From assembly GCA_038321985.1 (NCBI GenBank), contig JBBQFN010000003.1, positions 224,001 through 288,000 on the forward strand: a stretch of 64,000 nucleotides of DNA. Reading direction: 5' to 3'. Source of the DNA: Cyanophyceae cyanobacterium (GTDB lineage Bacteria > Cyanobacteriota > Cyanobacteriia > Cyanobacteriales > Laspinemataceae). The position numbers and the translations under genes are program-made. The notes under the pieces are model-generated. The model was not told where the DNA came from, ran no database searches, and saw only the letters and a program-made list of their open reading frames with translations. Every line of letters begins with the position of its first letter. The stretch's first letter is position 1. Shown one piece after another: positions 1 to 10,687 of the stretch.

Positions 1-222
1 GTAACCAAGCGATTGGAAACGGGCAAAATAGCCGTGCAACCCCTGAATGATAAAGAGGGGGCCAGAAGCATCGCTAAACTCAATCCTCCGGGACACCCGG
101 GGAGCGATCGGGTTAAGGTGTTATTTCAAGTGGATGAACAGCGCTTTTTGCGAATTACGGTGGAAGATTTATTCACCAATCAAATCCTGTTAGAGGACCA
201 AGCGGTTGTGCAATTGAGTTAA
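1..222 (+). CDS. Hsp70-family protein, C-terminal end (5' partial)
   Basis: Frame open from window edge; LNPPGxPGSDRVKVLFQVDEQRFLRITVEDL resembles the C-terminus of cyanobacterial Hsp70-like proteins. Confidence 0.6.
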   Translation, partial: VTKRLETGKIAVQPLNDKEGARSIAKLNPPGHPGSDRVKVLFQVDEQRFLRITVEDLFTNQILLEDQAVVQLS

Positions 223-541
223 ATTTTTAACTCATCCCTAAATCAGATTGAGTCACAAACCAATTTAGCAAAATGTGCAGAAAGCCTCTGGCAGGCTTTT
301 AGAATACAGGATAGCGAGTATTGCAGAACTTAGACAATTTCTGATACCTGAGTGGGAGCATCTTGCTCCCTAGTGCAGCAAGATAATATCGATTTGAAAA
401 ACTTGAACATTAGGTTTACCAGCTAAAATATGGGTCCATAAAACAAAATTTTAGGTCATCCTAAAGTTATTTTATTTAATCCGGTATTTTTGTTTTAGAT
501 TTCCCGAAAATAACCCCTAAACCACTTATTCATAAAATAGT

Positions 542-3500
542 ATGATTTCTATTCAAGGCTACAGAATTATTGAGAAACTGTATCAAAGTATTGACACTTT
601 GGTTTATCGTGCTGATTCCGAGGTCGATCAAGGGCGAGTGATTTTGAAGGTGATGGCTCCCGAATATCCATCCCCCCGTGAACTGGCTCAATTTAACCAT
701 GAATATCATCTGGCTCACGGTCTGAATTGCCCTCATATTGTACAATACCGGGGCTTAGAAAAACATCAAAATCGCTTAGTGATTGTCCAAGACGATTTTG
801 GAGGTAAAAATGCCCTGGAATTGATAATCCAAGAAAGCTACTCTCTAGTTGACCGCCTCAAAGTAGCGATTCAAATTGCTCAAGGTATTGAAGAGTTACA
901 TGAATTGTCAATTATTCATAAAGATATTAAGCCTCAAAATATTATTATTAATTTAGAAACGGGACAGGTGAAAATTACTGATTTTTCAATTGCGTCCCGA
1001 CTATCCAAAGAAACTCAATCTCTAGCCAATCTAGGGCAATTAGAAGGCACTCTAGCTTATATGTCCCCCGAACAAACAGGGCGGATGAATCGAACCCTGG
1101 ATTACCGCACCGATTTTTACTCCTTGGGGGTGACTTTATATCAAATTTTTACCCATTATTTACCGTTTGAAAGTACGGATCCAATGGAATGGGTTCACGC
1201 CCATCTCGCTAAATTGCCGTTACCGCCGAGGGAGGTTAATCCGGAGATTCCCCCAGTTCTTTCAGACCTCATTTTGAAATTATTAGAGAAGATGGCGGAA
1301 CGACGCTATCAAAGTGCATCGGGGATCAAAGCTGACTTAGAAAATTGCTTGAGTCAACTTGAACAGATGGGGACTATTACACCCTTTGTTCTGGGGACTC
1401 AAGATGTGGTGAATCAGTTTCAAATCCCCCAACACTTATATGGACGGGACCGAGAAATTGCTGCCCTACTGAATGCCTTTGAACGAGTCAGTCAAGGGGG
1501 GAGAGAACTGGTGATGGTGTCGGGATATTCGGGACTGGGGAAGTCAGCTTTAGTGGCAGAAGTGCATAAACCCATTGTGCGATCGCGGGGGTATTTTATT
1601 GCGGGAAAATTTGACCTCTTCCAGCACAATATTCCTTATGCTGCCTTTAGCCAAGGGTTTTCTGATTTGATGCGACAACTCTTAACGGAAAATGAAGAAA
1701 CCCTCCGACAGTGGCAGGAAAAGCTCCAAAACATCATCGGATCTAACTTAGGGGTGATGATAGATGTGATTCCTGAACTAGAAGCGATCGTTGGCCCTCA
1801 GCCGCCAGTTGTTCCCTTGCCACCCACAGAAGCGCAAAATCGATTTAACTTAGTCTTTGAACAATTAATTGAAGTTTTTTGTGAAGAAGAACATCCCCTC
1901 ATCTTGTTTATTGATGATTGGCAGTGGGCGGATGCTGCCTCTTTGAATTTGCTTAAAGGACTGATGAGTAATCCCGATCGTCAATATTTTTTACTGATTG
2001 GGGCCTATCGGGATAATGAAGTGAACTTAGGGCATCCGTTGATGCTAACTCTGGATGATATCGAACGCAGTGGAACAAGGATTAATCCGATCGCTTTGGC
2101 ACCTTTGACGGGAGAGGCGATCGGGCAGTTGATAGCTGACACCCTACAAACTAACCCAGATAATGTTCAACCGTTGGCTGAGTTAGTGCTGGAAAAAACC
2201 AACGGCAATCCTTTTTTTGTCAATCAATTATTGCAATCCCTGTACGATGATGGAAAATTGCAATTTAATAGGTCCCGCAGAGAATGGCAGTGGCAGTTAG
2301 AAGATATTAAAGCAGCCCAAATTTCTGATAATGTCGTCGATTTAATGGTGAAAAAGATTTATAAATTAGACCCAACAGGTCAAGAGTTGATTCAGTTAGC
2401 AGCTTGTATCGGCAGCCAATTTAATCTCAGGTTATTGTCTTGGGTTTATGAGCAGTCCCTAACCAAAACCGCAGCGGATTTATTCGGGGTGATTCAAGAG
2501 GGATTAATCGTTCCCCAGAGTGAGAGTTATCAATGGTTAGTGAGCGATCGCAACTCTTCTGACTCCTTAAATTCCTTAAATATTCAGTGCAAATTCCTCC
2601 ACGATCGCGTCCTGGAAGCCGCCTATACCCTAATTTCTGAACAACGCCAACAAGAAATTCACTTTAAAATTGGCAAACTTCTCCTAGAAAATATCCCACC
2701 AACAGAACGAGAAGAACATCTTTTCGAGATAGTCAACCATTTGAATCGCAGCCAACCCTTGCTCGGGGTGAGGCAAGAGGATGTAGGACTGATTGAGTTA
2801 AACCTTCAGGCAGGTCAAAAAGCCAAAGGAGCAGCCGCTTACGAAACCGCTTTAAAATATTTCACGACAGCCAGAAACCTGCTGCCCGAAACCTGTTGGC
2901 ACTCTCACTATCATTTAACACTGCAAATTTACCAAAACCAAGCTGAATGTCAGTATTTTCTCACCCAGTTTGACCAAGCAGAAGCTAATTTTCAGGAAAT
3001 TTTAAACAATGCAGATAACTCTTTAGATCAGGCAACAATTTATAATATCCAAGTTCTTCTTTATACTAACTTAGGTCAAAATTTTAATGCGATTGAAATT
3101 GGGAAAAATGCTTTAAATTTACTGGGAATTTATATCCCAAACTTAGATTTAGAAGTTCAACAAATGTTGGATTTAGAACGAGTAAAAATTCACCGCTATT
3201 GCCAACATAACTCCTTAGAAAATTTAAGAAAGCAGCCGGAAATTAACGATGCTAAGTCGCGAATGATTTTAACTCTCATGAGTAATTTATATTCTCCCAT
3301 TATCCAAAGCTCACCCAATCCAAACTTGTTTCCATTGATGGTATTAACATCAGTAAACTTGGCGATACAGTTTGGTCAATCTGATGTATCTGCATTTGTT
3401 TATAGTACCTATGGCGTTGTTTTAATTGCAGCTTTTAATGAAATTCACACAGGTTATCAGTTTGGACAACTGGCAATTGAAATGATTGAGCCTTATAATT

Positions 3501-5863
3501 CTCCCTATAAACAAAAAATATATAGTAACTTTGGGGCTTATATTAATAACTGGAGTAAACCTTCAACAAATAGCCTATTAATTTTAGAAAAAGCCTATTT
3601 TTTAGGAATTCAATTTGGAGAAATATTGTTTACAGTTTTTATTGCTGTCCATCTTGCTGTTATTTATTTTATTCAAGGACTTCCCTTAGCGGAATATGAA
3701 AATAAAATAACAAAATACATTAGCTTTGTCCAAAAGACAAATTATAAAAGTTTTGAAGACATTTTAATTTTTTATCAACAAATTGTTCGGGGTTTGCAGG
3801 GTTTAACCCATCATTTGACAAGCCTCAGCGACTCTCAATTTAACGAAGAAACATTTCAGGAAAAATTTTTGACAACCCAGAGTCGAAATGCCCAACATAT
3901 TTGGGGGGTGAATCGCAGCCAAATTTTGTACTTAAATGGCCAATATGGTCAAGCTAAAGAACATTTAATTGAATCTTCAAGCTATATCGACGCTAATGCA
4001 GGACTTCTGCTAATTTTTGAGCATAAGTTCTGGGAATGCTTAACCTTATTGAGTCTTCACCCAACCCTCAACTCGACGGAAATAGAAAGCAATTGGCTGA
4101 CGATTAATCAGAACCATCAACAAATCAAATACTGGGCAGAAAACTGTCCAGAAAACTTTCTCCATAAATTTTTACTGGTTTCCGCAGAAATTGCTCGAAT
4201 TTCTGGGAACGACTGGGAGGCAGTCGAACTTTATGATCGCGCCATTGAATCAGCCCAGGAAAATGAATTTATACAAATTGAAGCTCTAGGAAATGAACTA
4301 GCTGCTAAATTTTATCTCGGAAAAGGTAAACTAAAATTAGCGAAACCTTACCTGATGGATGCTCGGTATGCTTACCAAATATGGGGGGCTACAGCTAAAG
4401 TGAATCAGCTCGAAACAGCCTATCCCCAGTTGCTTTCTAACTTAGCCGAATCAGATAACAGGGGGATAAAAACTACCGAAAGATTAAATAAAACTTCAAC
4501 CTCTGCTACTAGCACTCACGTTTTGGATATTTCCACTATTATCAAATCCTCTCAAGCCATTTCCAGTGAAATTCAACTGGATAAACTCCTGGCTCAATTA
4601 CTGTATTTAGCCATTGAAAATGCAGGTGCTCAAAAAGGGGTATTAATATTATTGGACAATAACCAACTCAAGATAGAAGCTGCTAAACTTCCTGATGGCG
4701 AAGTTCAAGTCCTCGAATCTCTTCCTTTGGAAAATAATAATCTCATCCCTCCTTCTATTATTAATTATGTCTCCCGTACTCAAGAAAATGTTATCCTTGC
4801 TGATGCCTGCCACGAAGGTCTTTTTACTCGGGAACCCTACATTCAAGAACAGCAAACTCAATCGGTTCTCTGTGCCCCTATTATCAATCAGGGTAAATTA
4901 ATCGGAGTCATTTACCTGGAAAATAATTTGGCGACTGGTGCTTTTACTCCCGAACGAATTGAACTCTTGCAGGTGATTGCTTCCCAAGCTGCTATCTCTC
5001 TGGAAAATGCTCAACTCTACCGCAATCTCGAAGATAAAGTCATCGATCGCACGGCCCAACTCGCCTCGGCAAATGATGAAATCAGCGCCCTCAACGAGAG
5101 GCTGAAATCAGACAATCTCCGCATGAGTGCCGAACTCGATATTACCCGACAACTCCAGCAAAAAATGCTCCCTCGTCCTGAAGAATTACAGCAAATTCCT
5201 AACTTAGAAATTGCCGGATTTATGGAACCGGCTGATGAAGTTGGGGGAGATTATTATGATGTCCTCAACTATGATGGACGCATCAAAATTTGCATTGGTG
5301 ATGTCACCGGGCATGGATTAGAATCCGGGATGGTGATGGTGATGGTTCAAACCGCTGTGCGAACCCTTCTCGCCAATAATGAAACGGATTATATCAAATT
5401 TTTGAATACCATCAATCGCACGATTTATGATAATGTTGAGCGGATGAATGCTGATAAAAACTTAACTTTAGTCTTAGTGGATTATGCGGATGGAGTCTTA
5501 CAAATTAGTGGACAACATGAAGAGATTATTGTCGTTCGGGCTAATGGAGATATTGAGCGAATTGACACCATAGATTTAGGATTTCCTATTGGTTTAGTGA
5601 TGGAAATCAGTGATTTTATTACTCAAGCTGAAGTTAAATTAAATCCGGGAGATGGAGTCGTCCTGTACACCGATGGGATTACCGAAGCAGCTAATATGAC
5701 TCGGGAACAATATGGGCTAGAGCGACTCTGCGAAGTAATCTCTCAAAATTGGCAGTATTCTGCTGAAGAGGTTCGCAAAATTGTGATTGAAGACTTACGC
5801 AACTTTATTGGCGAGCAAAAAGTGTTTGATGATATTACCCTGGTAGTATTGAAGCAAAAATAA
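542..5863 (+). CDS. Ser/Thr kinase - AAA ATPase - GAF - SpoIIE/PP2C phosphatase multidomain protein
   Basis: HKDIKPQN and DFS kinase motifs, Walker A GYSGLGKS, FIDDWQW Walker B, GAF (APIINQGKLIGVIYLEN), PP2C motifs VGGDYYD, GDVTGHG, YTDGITE, DDITL. Confidence 0.92.
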   Translation: MISIQGYRIIEKLYQSIDTLVYRADSEVDQGRVILKVMAPEYPSPRELAQFNHEYHLAHGLNCPHIVQYRGLEKHQNRLVIVQDDFGGKNALELIIQESYSLVDRLKVAIQIAQGIEELHELSIIHKDIKPQNIIINLETGQVKITDFSIASRLSKETQSLANLGQLEGTLAYMSPEQTGRMNRTLDYRTDFYSLGVTLYQIFTHYLPFESTDPMEWVHAHLAKLPLPPREVNPEIPPVLSDLILKLLEKMAERRYQSASGIKADLENCLSQLEQMGTITPFVLGTQDVVNQFQIPQHLYGRDREIAALLNAFERVSQGGRELVMVSGYSGLGKSALVAEVHKPIVRSRGYFIAGKFDLFQHNIPYAAFSQGFSDLMRQLLTENEETLRQWQEKLQNIIGSNLGVMIDVIPELEAIVGPQPPVVPLPPTEAQNRFNLVFEQLIEVFCEEEHPLILFIDDWQWADAASLNLLKGLMSNPDRQYFLLIGAYRDNEVNLGHPLMLTLDDIERSGTRINPIALAPLTGEAIGQLIADTLQTNPDNVQPLAELVLEKTNGNPFFVNQLLQSLYDDGKLQFNRSRREWQWQLEDIKAAQISDNVVDLMVKKIYKLDPTGQELIQLAACIGSQFNLRLLSWVYEQSLTKTAADLFGVIQEGLIVPQSESYQWLVSDRNSSDSLNSLNIQCKFLHDRVLEAAYTLISEQRQQEIHFKIGKLLLENIPPTEREEHLFEIVNHLNRSQPLLGVRQEDVGLIELNLQAGQKAKGAAAYETALKYFTTARNLLPETCWHSHYHLTLQIYQNQAECQYFLTQFDQAEANFQEILNNADNSLDQATIYNIQVLLYTNLGQNFNAIEIGKNALNLLGIYIPNLDLEVQQMLDLERVKIHRYCQHNSLENLRKQPEINDAKSRMILTLMSNLYSPIIQSSPNPNLFPLMVLTSVNLAIQFGQSDVSAFVYSTYGVVLIAAFNEIHTGYQFGQLAIEMIEPYNSPYKQKIYSNFGAYINNWSKPSTNSLLILEKAYFLGIQFGEILFTVFIAVHLAVIYFIQGLPLAEYENKITKYISFVQKTNYKSFEDILIFYQQIVRGLQGLTHHLTSLSDSQFNEETFQEKFLTTQSRNAQHIWGVNRSQILYLNGQYGQAKEHLIESSSYIDANAGLLLIFEHKFWECLTLLSLHPTLNSTEIESNWLTINQNHQQIKYWAENCPENFLHKFLLVSAEIARISGNDWEAVELYDRAIESAQENEFIQIEALGNELAAKFYLGKGKLKLAKPYLMDARYAYQIWGATAKVNQLETAYPQLLSNLAESDNRGIKTTERLNKTSTSATSTHVLDISTIIKSSQAISSEIQLDKLLAQLLYLAIENAGAQKGVLILLDNNQLKIEAAKLPDGEVQVLESLPLENNNLIPPSIINYVSRTQENVILADACHEGLFTREPYIQEQQTQSVLCAPIINQGKLIGVIYLENNLATGAFTPERIELLQVIASQAAISLENAQLYRNLEDKVIDRTAQLASANDEISALNERLKSDNLRMSAELDITRQLQQKMLPRPEELQQIPNLEIAGFMEPADEVGGDYYDVLNYDGRIKICIGDVTGHGLESGMVMVMVQTAVRTLLANNETDYIKFLNTINRTIYDNVERMNADKNLTLVLVDYADGVLQISGQHEEIIVVRANGDIERIDTIDLGFPIGLVMEISDFITQAEVKLNPGDGVVLYTDGITEAANMTREQYGLERLCEVISQNWQYSAEEVRKIVIEDLRNFIGEQKVFDDITLVVLKQK

Positions 5864-5869
5864 AGCAAC

Positions 5870-6105
5870 CGGGTAAATTTTCTGAATCTTACATCCGAAA
5901 CCTTAAGAACGACTAAAGTCGTTACTACAAACTGGGGAATTAGTCTTTAGTTCGTAGTAACGACTTCAGTCGTTTCCAGATTAATAGCGGGTAAATTTTC
6001 TGAATCTTACATCCGAAACTTTAAGAACGACTAAAGTCGTTACTACAAACTGGGGAATTAGTCTTTAGTTCGTAGTAACGACTTCAGTCGTTTCCGGATT
6101 AATAG
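5870..6105. repeat. Two tandem 118-bp units, each containing an inverted pair of GTAG-type REP palindromes
   Basis: 5870-5987 and 5988-6105 differ at about two positions; AACGACTAAAGTCGTTACTAC ... GTAGTAACGACTTCAGTCGTT in each unit. Confidence 0.9.
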
Positions 6106-6120
6106 GGAGTGAAACGTGAC

Positions 6121-6636
6121 TTAATAATGAACCACAATCGGCGTACCCACTTCGGCCCAATTAAATAACCATTCGGCATGATTGACGGCCACATTTGTAC
6201 AACCGTGACTCACCGGAGTACCAAAATTGTCATGCCAATAGGCACCGTGAATGGCATAACCGCCGTAATAGTACATTGTAAAGGGAACGTCAGGAACATC
6301 ATAGTCATCCCCCTGCATCCGTGTGACTTCATACTTGGTTTGAACGGCAAAGGTCCCCGCAGGAGTGTCCGTCCCTTCTTTCCCTGTAGAAACGGTGACG
6401 GCATAAACGACTTTATTGCCTTCCCATGCCATTAATTTTTGTTCGGTTAGGTCGATTTGAATCCAGCGATCGGGGGAGGATTGCAAATCAAGCATCATCC
6501 GTGCAATGCGGTCATGTTCTACTGCTTGAGCGACTTGGGGTTGAGAAAATCCACAGAAAGCGGACAAGGTTAAGGCACTAATTGCGCCTAAAAGACGAAG
6601 GGGCCGGATACGAATTAGGCTGATGTTTCTTTTCAT
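6121..6636 (-). CDS. L,D-transpeptidase (YkuD family), secreted
   Basis: Signal peptide; YAIHG...SHGC catalytic motif. Confidence 0.9.
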   Translation of the reverse strand: MKRNISLIRIRPLRLLGAISALTLSAFCGFSQPQVAQAVEHDRIARMMLDLQSSPDRWIQIDLTEQKLMAWEGNKVVYAVTVSTGKEGTDTPAGTFAVQTKYEVTRMQGDDYDVPDVPFTMYYYGGYAIHGAYWHDNFGTPVSHGCTNVAVNHAEWLFNWAEVGTPIVVHY

Positions 6637-6741
6637 ATTTCCTCACACTTGAAGTCAAATTATATCTACAGGGAGTTGTTTTTAACGGCTGTGGTGTTGA
6701 CCAACCCGCCCCATCTACTTTTGGGGAGTTTTCTTTTAGAG

Positions 6742-7434
6742 CTAGCTACAATCTTGAAGGGGAGGATTTCGGGAGAGTGTCATCTCATTATGATTAAAAT
6801 TTTGTAGAGAAAGAGTCAAGATGCGAGCTTGGTCCGCGATCGCCTCCCAATCTTGCGCTGCGATCTGCTTTTTGGGAAATAAATCCCCGGAGAGTCCTAC
6901 CGCGATCGCCCCTGCTTTGAGAAAATGGACTGCATTCTGAAGATTAACCCCGCCTGTGGGAATTAAGGGAATATGACCGAGGGGGCCGTGGAGACTTTGA
7001 ATATAGTGAGGGCCACCGACCGCAGAGATTGGAAATACTTTAACGCAACTAGCACCCGCGTGCCAAGCCGTGACGATTTCTGTGGGAGAAAGAGCCCCAG
7101 GAATGATCGGAACTCCAGCAGCAGCAGCGACTTGAATCAGGGCAGGTTCGGTGTGGGGGGTAAACAGGAATTGAGCACCGGCAGCGATCGCCCGATGTAG
7201 ATCCCCCTGATTTAACAGGGTACCAGTGCCAATGGTGCATAAAGGTAAATCCAAACGCAAGATATCGATCAGGTCCTCAGCGCGATCGCTATTCCAGGTA
7301 ATTTCAATCAGATGAATCCCACCTCTGGCCACGGCTATTGCCATAGAATAGCCCAATTCAAAGGTGTCAGCACGAATTACCGCGATCGCACGGTGTTGTT
7401 GTAGCAATTTTAACCAGGACTTTTCAGACATCAT
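6742..7434 (-). CDS. eda: KDPG/KHG aldolase
   Basis: AIAVIR, IEIT, IGTGT, VKVFP, IPTGGV motifs. Confidence 0.88.
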   Translation of the reverse strand: MMSEKSWLKLLQQHRAIAVIRADTFELGYSMAIAVARGGIHLIEITWNSDRAEDLIDILRLDLPLCTIGTGTLLNQGDLHRAIAAGAQFLFTPHTEPALIQVAAAAGVPIIPGALSPTEIVTAWHAGASCVKVFPISAVGGPHYIQSLHGPLGHIPLIPTGGVNLQNAVHFLKAGAIAVGLSGDLFPKKQIAAQDWEAIADQARILTLSLQNFNHNEMTLSRNPPLQDCS

Positions 7435-8005
7435 CCTTTTTGTCTCTACAATTTTGCCGGTTTGGAAAGGTCAAAACCCTGGTCATGCGACCTTTTTTTT
7501 CCCTACACCTGTTATCAGCTAGACTCAACTCCTCCCCCTCTTTTTTACCCTCCTTGTTATCCTAATAGAAAGAGCGTACCCAATTCTGATCCAGGGCGAT
7601 CGGGAATATTTCCCTCAACCATGGTAGGGTGCCTCAGAGCACCCGGGTATTGCTAGACTCCATCAGTTCTCTGCCTAAGACCCCTGGTGATGGAATGGTA
7701 TAACTGCTGGATCCAGGCTGATTTTTCCCGCCCCCCTAACCCTCTTGCCCAATCTACCGACCTTGAGCCGTCCCCCTGTAGAATGGGGTTTGGGCTTAGG
7801 TACGCCGATAACAAGTCCGATTATTACAACCCCTGTGCTAAGTTAACCCGAACTCAGAACCGCAATCTCTACCCTGAATTGTCAAGATTCCCCTTAAATT
7901 AATTCATGGGGTTGATATGAGCTACCTAAAATTGAGACTACTATTAAAAAGCGCAGGCATCCCTTGCCAGCCTATAGCCGGGATATTGCAAGCCCGTAGC
8001 CATTT

Positions 8006-10216
8006 ATGAGCTACTGTATCAACCCCTGCTGCCCCAGACCAGCAGACCCCTTAAATGTCAATAACCGCATTTGTCGCCAATGCGGTTCAGAACTTGTTGT
8101 GGCAGGACGCTATCGCATCGTGAAACTGCTGGGAACCGGCGGGTTTGGACAAACCTTTGAAGTAGACGATCGCGGGTTTTCCAAGGTTTTGAAAGTGCTC
8201 ACGGAACAAAATCCCAAAGCTATTACCTTATTTAAACAAGAAGCAGCGGTTCTACAACGCCTCAAACACCCGGGAATTCCCTCCGTAGAACCGGGGGGCT
8301 ATTTTACTTTTATTCCCCGATATAGCAAGAGTCCAGTTCACTGCCTGGTGATGGAAAAAATCCAGGGAGAAAATTTGGAGGAATGGTTAGGAAGTCGTCA
8401 CAATCAACCGATTACTCAAGAACAAGCCGTCGGGTGGTTATTGCAGCTTACAGAAATCTTACATCAAGTTCACAATCAGCAGTATTTCCATCGCGATATT
8501 AAACCCGCGAATATTATGCTCCGCGACCCCTCGCAAATCAAAGCATTGGGGACTGAACAATTAACTTTAATTGACTTTGGTTCGGCGCGGGAAGTCAGCG
8601 GGACATATCTAGCGAAAATGGCAGTCGGACAGCAAGGAACGGTGATTTCTTCTAAAGGATATGCGCCACCGGAACAGGAAAATGGGAAACCCGTTCCCCA
8701 GTCCGATTTCTTTGGGTTGGGTCGAACATTTGTGCAGTTACTCACTGGCAAACATCCCCTGAATTTTTATGACCCCCTCAATGATGAATTGCGCTGGCGA
8801 CAAGCAGCCCCTCATATTTCACCGAAATTAGCAGATTTTATTGATGAATTGATGGCGCGGTTACCGGGAAAACGCCCCCAAACTACTGAGGTGATTTTGC
8901 AACGGTTAGCCGAACTGGATTTAATATTACATTGTCCAGGAAAACGGAGAGGAAGTTTTACGGGGTCGAATTCCTCAAACCGAATATTAGCTAAGCTGGA
9001 ACAGTGGAAAATGCAATTGGTGCTGGGGGGAGGTGCGGTGCTGTTTGGAGCGGTTGCGGTGACCCAGGTGAATCTATATCGGTTTGGACTCTCTCCCTTA
9101 GGGAATGCTGGGGCAGTAGTAGAGCAATCTGCATCGGAGGTAACCCGGGATTCGGTGCCCGTCCCCAAGGATATTTCTGATCCTTCTGTTAATCCCTCGG
9201 TAAATTCTGCCCTAATTAAGACAGGTCAAGGCATAATATCCCGTTCTACACAGCCCGGAAATCGGCAATTATCCTCAACCCTTGCCGTTAATACTATTAA
9301 GTTATCCAATACTTTAACAGGACATTCCCAAGACGTGCGATCGGTGGCTGTGAGTCCGGATGGGATGGCGATCGCCTCGGGGAGTTTTGATGGAACAATT
9401 AAGATTTGGAATTTAGAAACCGGAGCTTTAATTCGCACCTTAACTGGACATTCTGATGCCGGAGAAATGGTCTCATCCGTGGCGATCGCTCCCAATGGAA
9501 CTCTCTTAGCTAGTAGTAGCAATGGGTACGGGGGAACGATTAAAATTTGGAATCTATCCACGGGAGAATTAATCTATACCCTTGTAGACCAACCTTCGGG
9601 CATTTCTTCCATTGCCATTAGTCCCGATAGCCAACTCCTCGCCAGTGGTTCCGAAGAGGGGAATATCCAATTGTGGAAACTGGACTCAGGAGAACCTCTG
9701 GGGATTTTTTCCGGTCATTTAGGCACAGTTTTTTCCGTAGTATTCAGTCCCGATGGCAAAACCCTGGCTAGTGGCTCCCAAGACGGTTCTATAAAATTAT
9801 GGGCGATCGCCAATCAACCCAGTGAATCCGGATTAGTACAAACTGAAAACCAGCAACTTTCGGGTCATGTTGGGACGGTGTTTTCTGTAGCGTTTAGTCC
9901 CAACGGGAAAATGCTGGCATCGGGCAGTGCAGATAATACAATTAAATTATGGGATCTCAGTAAAGGACAAGAAATGCGTTCGTTTTCGGGTCATGCTGGA
10001 ACCATGTTTTCCGTAGCCTTTAGTCCAGATGGGAACACTATCGCCGGAGGCACTTTAACGGGTCGAATTAAACTCTGGAATTTAGCCAGCGGCGAACTGG
10101 TAGAAACTCTTTCAGGACATTCGCGATGGGTAGAATCCATAGTCTTTAGTCCCGATGGAGATAGACTCGCTTCGGGCAGTGGAGATAGAACAATTCGGAT
10201 TTGGGGAATTCGCTAA
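8006..10216 (+). CDS. Ser/Thr protein kinase with 4-Cys prefix, transmembrane segment and WD40 repeats
   Basis: MSYCINPCC...CRQCG prefix, GTGGFG, HRDIKPAN, DFG, about seven GH...W repeats. Confidence 0.93.
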   Translation: MSYCINPCCPRPADPLNVNNRICRQCGSELVVAGRYRIVKLLGTGGFGQTFEVDDRGFSKVLKVLTEQNPKAITLFKQEAAVLQRLKHPGIPSVEPGGYFTFIPRYSKSPVHCLVMEKIQGENLEEWLGSRHNQPITQEQAVGWLLQLTEILHQVHNQQYFHRDIKPANIMLRDPSQIKALGTEQLTLIDFGSAREVSGTYLAKMAVGQQGTVISSKGYAPPEQENGKPVPQSDFFGLGRTFVQLLTGKHPLNFYDPLNDELRWRQAAPHISPKLADFIDELMARLPGKRPQTTEVILQRLAELDLILHCPGKRRGSFTGSNSSNRILAKLEQWKMQLVLGGGAVLFGAVAVTQVNLYRFGLSPLGNAGAVVEQSASEVTRDSVPVPKDISDPSVNPSVNSALIKTGQGIISRSTQPGNRQLSSTLAVNTIKLSNTLTGHSQDVRSVAVSPDGMAIASGSFDGTIKIWNLETGALIRTLTGHSDAGEMVSSVAIAPNGTLLASSSNGYGGTIKIWNLSTGELIYTLVDQPSGISSIAISPDSQLLASGSEEGNIQLWKLDSGEPLGIFSGHLGTVFSVVFSPDGKTLASGSQDGSIKLWAIANQPSESGLVQTENQQLSGHVGTVFSVAFSPNGKMLASGSADNTIKLWDLSKGQEMRSFSGHAGTMFSVAFSPDGNTIAGGTLTGRIKLWNLASGELVETLSGHSRWVESIVFSPDGDRLASGSGDRTIRIWGIR

Positions 10217-10289
10217 TTTTGTAATAAATTTAACTGCACTGAGAAAGAAAATCTTTCATATTCGGATTTCTTCTGATATAAAAGTTAAA

Positions 10290-10475
10290 CTACGAGCGAT
10301 CGTCGCAGCGACGGCCATCGTGAAGGCCACAGTTTGAGGACTCAGCGGCAATCAGAACCTCAGCGGTGCGATCGGACTCAACCCCTTGCACCGAGAGAGA
10401 AGCAAGCCCAGCGACTCGCACAGCAACACCAGAAACCAGCAGGGTGAACAATAAGACTGAGGTGGATAAACGCAT
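10290..10475 (-). CDS. Small secreted peptide, PatX-like leader
   Basis: 61 aa, ATG start, hydrophobic signal peptide MRLSTSVLLFTLLVSG, C-terminal CGLHDGRRC. Confidence 0.55.
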   Translation of the reverse strand: MRLSTSVLLFTLLVSGVAVRVAGLASLSVQGVESDRTAEVLIAAESSNCGLHDGRRCDDRS

Positions 10476-10687
10476 GATGGACTTCCGTTTTAGATTGACT
10501 TTCTATAACGGAGAATAACGAAACCCACCTAGCGCCGTCTCCAAGAGTCGTGTCACTTTTCCAATCGTCTACCCCCTGCAACCCTTGTTTTAGAGAGGTT
10601 GTCCCTCCTGGCAACAGAGGGACTGTGCCATCTGGACAACTGGTTGTTAATTCTGGGTTAGGGGTGCTGGGTCCTTAAACGTCCTAT

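Noticed and set aside
5870..6105. Possible CRISPR array
   Set aside because: The sequences between palindromes are themselves duplicated and repeats alternate in orientation; no cas genes
10480..10680. DIF1 (TCCGGA) promoter motif for the PatX-like gene
   Set aside because: Only a mismatched TCTGGA at about 10641; not convincing
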